From the NCBI GenBank assembly GCA_027031765.1, contig JALVPN010000003.1, positions 1 to 11,081 of the forward strand: DNA of 11,081 bases. The letters run 5' to 3'. The notes beneath the pieces were generated by a model. That model made no database searches, was not told the origin of the DNA, and saw only the letters and a list, made by a program, of their open reading frames with translations. The translations under genes and the position numbers were made by a program. This DNA is from Promethearchaeota archaeon (GTDB lineage: Archaea; Asgardarchaeota; Thorarchaeia; Thorarchaeales; Thorarchaeaceae). This document shows, piece by piece, positions 6,780 through 11,081 of the stretch; the stretch's first letter is position 1; each line of letters opens with the position of its first letter.

Positions 6780-8573
6780 GTGAGTCAGTTGAGCGAGAAC
6801 AGGAAGATGGTCGTGATAGACCTAGAAGAGAGCGAGAAGACCGTCATTGGGGAGCTCAGCGAACTCCAGAGTGCTGAGGCTACAGGAGTGCTGAGTATCA
6901 ACAATGTCTCGGAACAGAACAGGATCTGGAACGTCAGGGTGCTGCTGGATGACACGAGAGGACGTACGACTTTCGAAGAGGATGTCCTCCATGCTGGAGA
7001 GATCGACGCGGGCAGCCAGTGGAGGACCGAGTATGGCATAGAGATAGATGCACCGGTACTGACGCTGACAGAGGTCTATGACACCTGCAGTACTGTGGAG
7101 AGCGAGAAACCACACTGGGCGTATGCCTTTGGAAAGGAGAACCCTGTGAGGATTACCATCACAGTGAAGAACGAGTGTGACGGACAGATTGACGACATAG
7201 CGGTCACCAAGTGGATTCCACCGGAACTGGACAACGTCGTTATCGAGAGCATGGAGTCTGGGAACGCCAACTATGACCCTGAGAACCGTCAGGTCGTATG
7301 GAACGACTTCATAGTATACCCGGGAGAGAGCTCAACACTGGTAATCACCGCCACCGCGACGGTCGAGGACAGCAGCCCCAAGGATGCTGGCAAGATACTG
7401 GTCACCTATCGTGCCGAGGGACAGCAGAGGTCAGTCCTGGCCCCAGACATGACCGCGCTCACTGACTTCCTGACCGGGATTGACACTGCCGAGACCGAAC
7501 CGAACCAGTGGGAGTGTACACTTGAGTGTTCAAACGAGAGTGACCTGATGGTGCGGCTCGACCGTGCAGAGGCGTATGTGGAGCCAGAGGGGGGTGGCGA
7601 GAAGGTCAAGATGATTGACGAGGCGCCGGCACTGGAGATGGAGCCGAACGCAGAGTGGAGCAAGATGTTCGAGATTGAGAGCAAGTCGCCACCTCGCTGC
7701 ACACACGATGTTGTGTACACACCCATGCGCACTGTCACAAAGAGGGTGCTCGGTACCATTGAGAAGGTCCCACAGACCATCCCGGTCTACCAGATCGACT
7801 ACATGAAGGAGTTCGACCCGCCATCAGTAGCAAGCTTCGACAAGACACCTGTGGAGGTGACTGTCGAGGTCAAGAATGTGGGCTCGGCCAGGCTCAACGA
7901 GGTCACGGTGGAAGACCACCTGCCAGATGATGTCATGCCACCAAAACGCGAGCACATCACGGTCTGGGTCAAGGGCGAGGAGTACACGGGGGACTATGAG
8001 TTCAGTATCGAGCCCGACGACCAGGATCCTGAGAAGCCACACACCCTTACGTTCAGGATAACGGGGCTCAAGGACACTGTCGGCGAGCTGGAGCCCGGTG
8101 AGAGCATCAAGATCAACTACGCCATCATGGCATGGCGCAACAGACCCGAGAAGGAGTACCCGTCACCAATCCACTGCACAGCGAACACATACCCGGCGGG
8201 CCTCATCACTGAGATAGGCAGTGCTCCCGACGGGCACAAGCTCGGTGTCATCTACAAGAAGCGCCGGATTGCGGTGAAGAAGGGCATCAACCGGGGTGCG
8301 GGTGCTGGCGAATACGATGTTGTGATAGTTGTGGAGAACAAGGGTGAGGTGACTGTGGAGAACGTGGTCGTCAGGGACTGGATACCGGCCGGTTTCGAGT
8401 TCCAGTCTGTAGACCCACCAGAGGAGGAGCCATCACTCCAGTCTGCAGAGGACGGCACCGACCTCATCTGGAGGTGGGCCCGAATGAGCCCTGGCGACAA
8501 GAAGAAGATGGTAGTACATGTGCGCGGTGAGGGAGAGTACGAGCGCCGGGAACCTGTGGTCACATCGGACTAG
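6780..8573 (+). CDS. Acidic multi-beta-sandwich protein: putative N-terminal mu-homology (adaptor mu/delta-COP-like) domain plus three Ig-like/DUF11-like domains
   Basis: The long ORF has coding-like composition and is certainly a gene. Repeated V.ITITVKN / VTVEVKN / VIVVENK...V.D.(I/L)P...W....PG(E/D) units are typical of DUF11-like sandwiches. The N-terminal VVIDLEESEKTVIGELSELQSAEATGVLSI resembles the start of the mu MHD. There is no signal peptide or TM segment. The start is uncertain (GTG 6777/6780 or ATG 6807). The confidence refers to the MHD call. Confidence 0.6.
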   Translation: MSQLSENRKMVVIDLEESEKTVIGELSELQSAEATGVLSINNVSEQNRIWNVRVLLDDTRGRTTFEEDVLHAGEIDAGSQWRTEYGIEIDAPVLTLTEVYDTCSTVESEKPHWAYAFGKENPVRITITVKNECDGQIDDIAVTKWIPPELDNVVIESMESGNANYDPENRQVVWNDFIVYPGESSTLVITATATVEDSSPKDAGKILVTYRAEGQQRSVLAPDMTALTDFLTGIDTAETEPNQWECTLECSNESDLMVRLDRAEAYVEPEGGGEKVKMIDEAPALEMEPNAEWSKMFEIESKSPPRCTHDVVYTPMRTVTKRVLGTIEKVPQTIPVYQIDYMKEFDPPSVASFDKTPVEVTVEVKNVGSARLNEVTVEDHLPDDVMPPKREHITVWVKGEEYTGDYEFSIEPDDQDPEKPHTLTFRITGLKDTVGELEPGESIKINYAIMAWRNRPEKEYPSPIHCTANTYPAGLITEIGSAPDGHKLGVIYKKRRIAVKKGINRGAGAGEYDVVIVVENKGEVTVENVVVRDWIPAGFEFQSVDPPEEEPSLQSAEDGTDLIWRWARMSPGDKKKMVVHVRGEGEYERREPVVTSD

Positions 8574-8632
8574 TCCGGTGCAAGCAGTGCGTACACTGTG
8601 CTACCACATGTTTCACGGATGGGGCCGACCCC

Positions 8633-8998
8633 TCATGCCTGCTCCCCTAGATGACCGGCCGCCTCAGACTCGGCCTCCAACAGCTCACGCCGGGTCGCCT
8701 CCAGTTCGGCGTCCAGCAGCTCAAGGGGGACGTAGTCATCGGAGTCCTCCGTGTAGTGAGTGTCAAGCGTGAACAACACCTTGAACCCGGCCAGCGCAGA
8801 GTGGAGGGCATCCGAGATATCGAGGATTGCAGTGCTCAGGTCGGCACTGTTCATATCCTCGGCCTTGTGCCTATAGATGAAGTCGTAGGCCCCCCGCACA
8901 GGTGTGAACCCCATGGCTGTGAGTTTCTGGATTATCTTGGAGGGGGTGGTCCCCTCACTGTTGAACCATATCTGGACTCTTGTCACATATGGGGACAT
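8633..8998 (-). CDS. Small conserved archaeal hypothetical protein (121 aa; probable ferredoxin-like alpha/beta domain plus acidic helical tail)
   Basis: The true start is internal to the track ORF 8633..9250: ATG 8998 with SD-like GAGGCG upstream. QIWFNSEGTTPSKIIQKLTAMGFTPVRGAYDFIY...ALAGFKVLFTLDT resembles, from recall, a small uncharacterised archaeal family (FNSEG..PS....L...GF.P..G.YDF.Y). The upstream 84 codons overlap raSEA and are not protein-like. Confidence 0.8.
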   Translation of the reverse strand: MSPYVTRVQIWFNSEGTTPSKIIQKLTAMGFTPVRGAYDFIYRHKAEDMNSADLSTAILDISDALHSALAGFKVLFTLDTHYTEDSDDYVPLELLDAELEATRRELLEAESEAAGHLGEQA

Positions 8999-9045
8999 TA
9001 TCCGACGCCTCGTAGATTGGATACTGCACCCGCCGCCCGGTTTGG

Positions 9046-9058
9046 TTTTATCCTTTAC
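9046..9058 (-). promoter_or_regulatory. Possible promoter (purine-rich BRE plus TATA-like element) for the 8633-8998 gene
   Basis: Minus strand GTAAAGGATAAAAccaaa, an A-rich tract about 48 nt upstream of ATG 8998 in the 94-nt intergenic gap. Confidence 0.35.
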
Positions 9059-9092
9059 TCCACCGGCCACTTGAGCCCTGACAGTACACGGC

Positions 9093-10208
9093 TCAGGCCC
9101 TGCTGCCTGTGTCCACCAACCGGTCACCATCTCCCACAAGCAGTGACATGTCCTCGTGTACCAGCAAGTAGCGCCACTGGTTGATGCAACTGCAGACCGG
9201 GACATGGAGATGCCTGACATCCTGTGACAGGGAGAAGGCGCGGATCCCACGGGTCACACGTGGATCACAGAGCCCACAGTTGTGGGGACCACGCCTCTTT
9301 CCCGCGGCGACCGGGTCGGACACGATTTCGACCGCCGGGGCTACCTGACCCCTAGCGGTCCGGAGGAGCTCGACCAACGTCCACAGCCACGGCGGTGCAT
9401 ACAGTCCACGTCTCCAGAGCCGTTCCACCAGCGTGTTGCGCTGGATATTGACTGGGTTCACAGACACGGTCCTGACACCCATGTCCGCAGCTGCCACTAT
9501 GGTCTCCAGTGCATCGACCAGTGCGTCGCGCTCCGTGAGGAACGGTGGCTTCAGGAGCACATAGGCACGTACACCCACCTCATACTCGGCTGCGACCTCT
9601 ACAGTAGCACGGAACTGGTCGGTAGTGAACCCTTTGTTCACCGCCACCATACGGACCGGGTCGCTTGAGGACTCGAGGCCCACACCGACCTGCACAGAAT
9701 GGTGGTCGAGGACAGAGCGCACTCCTGACAGGGCCTCACCGGTGACGAACTCGGGCCGTGACTCGAGCACCACCTCTTCCACCCTGTCGTCAGAGGCAAT
9801 GAGCTGCAGTATCCGCTCGCGGGCCTCCAGTGGCACTTCGCACGGGTCGAGAAAGCTCCCACTCGTATAGACCTTCACGGCAACCGGCGGCGACAGGTCG
9901 CCTGCACTCTGCATTGCACTCCTGAACTGCAGGACAAGGTCGTCCGACGTGACCGGGGCTGACGTCCCATCGAGGAGGTAACTGCACATCGTGCAGCCCC
10001 CGTCCTCAGAGCGTGCATGTGAACAGCCCTGCGTGGCAAGGACTACTGCAATGGCCTTTCCCGGCCTGCCGGCCACCCTTGCATCGGCCACCCATGTCGC
10101 GGCGGGCCTGGTCGGGTCTCTCCGGCGGCGTGTGTGGACTGACGTGCCACGGGCCTCAAGAGAGGAACGGCGGACAATGCCGGAGAGGACATCGTAGAGC
10201 GACTGCAT
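9093..10208 (-). CDS. raSEA: Archaeosine biosynthesis radical SAM protein RaSEA (TIGR01210-like)
   Basis: VVLATQGCSHARSEDGGCTMCSY (expanded CX9CX2C radical SAM motif), VKVYTSGSFLD, VVLESRPEFV, VGVGLESS, AYVLLKPPFLTE, SVNPVNIQRNTLVERLW...PPWLW and SDPVAAGKRRGPHNCGLCD. Immediately downstream of arcS, with an AGGTGA SD. Confidence 0.92.
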   Translation of the reverse strand: MQSLYDVLSGIVRRSSLEARGTSVHTRRRRDPTRPAATWVADARVAGRPGKAIAVVLATQGCSHARSEDGGCTMCSYLLDGTSAPVTSDDLVLQFRSAMQSAGDLSPPVAVKVYTSGSFLDPCEVPLEARERILQLIASDDRVEEVVLESRPEFVTGEALSGVRSVLDHHSVQVGVGLESSSDPVRMVAVNKGFTTDQFRATVEVAAEYEVGVRAYVLLKPPFLTERDALVDALETIVAAADMGVRTVSVNPVNIQRNTLVERLWRRGLYAPPWLWTLVELLRTARGQVAPAVEIVSDPVAAGKRRGPHNCGLCDPRVTRGIRAFSLSQDVRHLHVPVCSCINQWRYLLVHEDMSLLVGDGDRLVDTGSRA

Positions 10209-10209
10209 A

Positions 10210-11081
10210 CTATCTCACCTTGTGTCTTATGTCGACAGCGACCCCCGACTCAAGTGCGCACATCTCGGGCCCCGACATCTTGCTACGTCCCACAGCGACC
10301 ACACGACCATCGTCTGACCGCACCACCACCTCGTCGCCAGGGCGGACTGCCGCGTCTGCACCGGTCACACCGACCGCGAAGAGGGAGCCACCACGGATCT
10401 CATGGCCCTCGAAGGCGACCCAGTAACGGTCGAGCGTGGCGAGCTGCTCTCCCCCTGCAAGTGTGAGGGACAGGTGCCCTTGGGGCGCCACGAATGCACA
10501 CAGTTGACCCCTGTCCGTCCTCACGACCACCATGCGGTCAAGCCGGCCCGTGAGGCGGCAGCCATCGGGGACGAGGACATCACCGGCAGGGGGCCCGAAC
10601 TGGAAGTCTGCAACGGCCCGCAGGGTGTCCACCACCTCTGTAGACGGGGCGCGTGTCAGCGAGAGCGAGGCACACAGTCCTCTGAGGGCCTCTGTCAGGG
10701 AGTCAAGGGAGGCCTTCGCAGTATGTGCCTGGCCAGTACACGTGTATATGACCTCCTGACGGGTGTCGGGCTCCGCGTGCCTGACAATCTCCTCGTAGCC
10801 GCCGGACACATGCGCGACAACAACACACGACTCGTCGAACTTTGAGAGGTGCGTCGCGAGTGCCTCTGCTGCAATCTCGACCTCCTCGGCGTCCCAGTCA
10901 CCCGTAACTGGCAGGTCGTAGTTGGCTGCCGGGAAGACCCGTTCGAGTTCCCGGGGCACAACACCGATTGGGCTCGTGACGATGACCTCTGAGAGCCACC
11001 GACGCCTCTTGGACATTGCCGAGCTGATGGCCTGTGCGAACAGCCTGTGAGACCTAGAGGTGGAATAGGGCTTTCTTGCAG
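10210..11081 (-). CDS. arcS: Archaeosine synthase ArcS (TgtA2), C-terminal part with PUA domain (5' end off the right edge)
   Basis: The frame stays open upstream of the track's Met 11016 to the window edge: ARKPYSTSRSHRLF...SEVIVTSPIGVVPRELE.VFPAANYDLPVTGDW (ArcS/DUF5591-type motifs). It ends in a PUA domain, GGSLFAVGV...VRPGDEVVV...VAVGRSKMSG.EM...SGVAVDIRH. Confidence 0.93.
   Translation of the reverse strand, partial: ARKPYSTSRSHRLFAQAISSAMSKRRRWLSEVIVTSPIGVVPRELERVFPAANYDLPVTGDWDAEEVEIAAEALATHLSKFDESCVVVAHVSGGYEEIVRHAEPDTRQEVIYTCTGQAHTAKASLDSLTEALRGLCASLSLTRAPSTEVVDTLRAVADFQFGPPAGDVLVPDGCRLTGRLDRMVVVRTDRGQLCAFVAPQGHLSLTLAGGEQLATLDRYWVAFEGHEIRGGSLFAVGVTGADAAVRPGDEVVVRSDDGRVVAVGRSKMSGPEMCALESGVAVDIRHKVR

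Noticed and set aside
8574-8632. Small hairpins (CAGTG-cgta-CACTG; GGGG-ccga-CCCC) between convergent genes as terminators
   Set aside because: Stems are only 4-5 bp with no oligo-T tract, as expected by chance at this GC content.
8999-9250. N-terminal 84 codons of the track ORF 8633..9250
   Set aside because: They overlap the raSEA 3' end and the putative promoter. The protein-like sequence and SD begin at ATG 8998.
10254-10845. Plus-strand ORFs over arcS (e.g. 10402-10845)
   Set aside because: Antisense shadows of arcS with no motifs.

Overview
Archaeal chromosomal window (about 60% GC by eye; GAGGTG/AGGTGA-type Shine-Dalgarno sites) with no mobile element, CRISPR array or rRNA/tRNA gene. 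Left (minus strand): a tightly coupled DNA end-resection operon nurA-herA-mre11-rad50. rad50 runs off the left edge and is missing from the ORF track. Its zinc hook (CPTC) is visible. Right (minus strand): the archaeosine tRNA-modification pair arcS (partial, runs off the right edge) and raSEA, followed by a small conserved archaeal protein. Between them (plus strand) lies an unexplained two-gene unit, preceded by an AT-rich 19-bp palindrome overlapping a TATA-like box. The first gene is a metallo-beta-lactamase-fold protein that has lost most of its metal ligands. The second is an acidic ~600-aa all-beta protein with no signal peptide or membrane segment. Its N-terminal ~220 aa align by eye with the mu-homology domain (MHD) of eukaryotic adaptor mu subunits and delta-COP, followed by three Ig-like/DUF11-like domains. 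This putative MHD protein is the most interesting element and hints at an Asgard archaeal source (inference, not verified).
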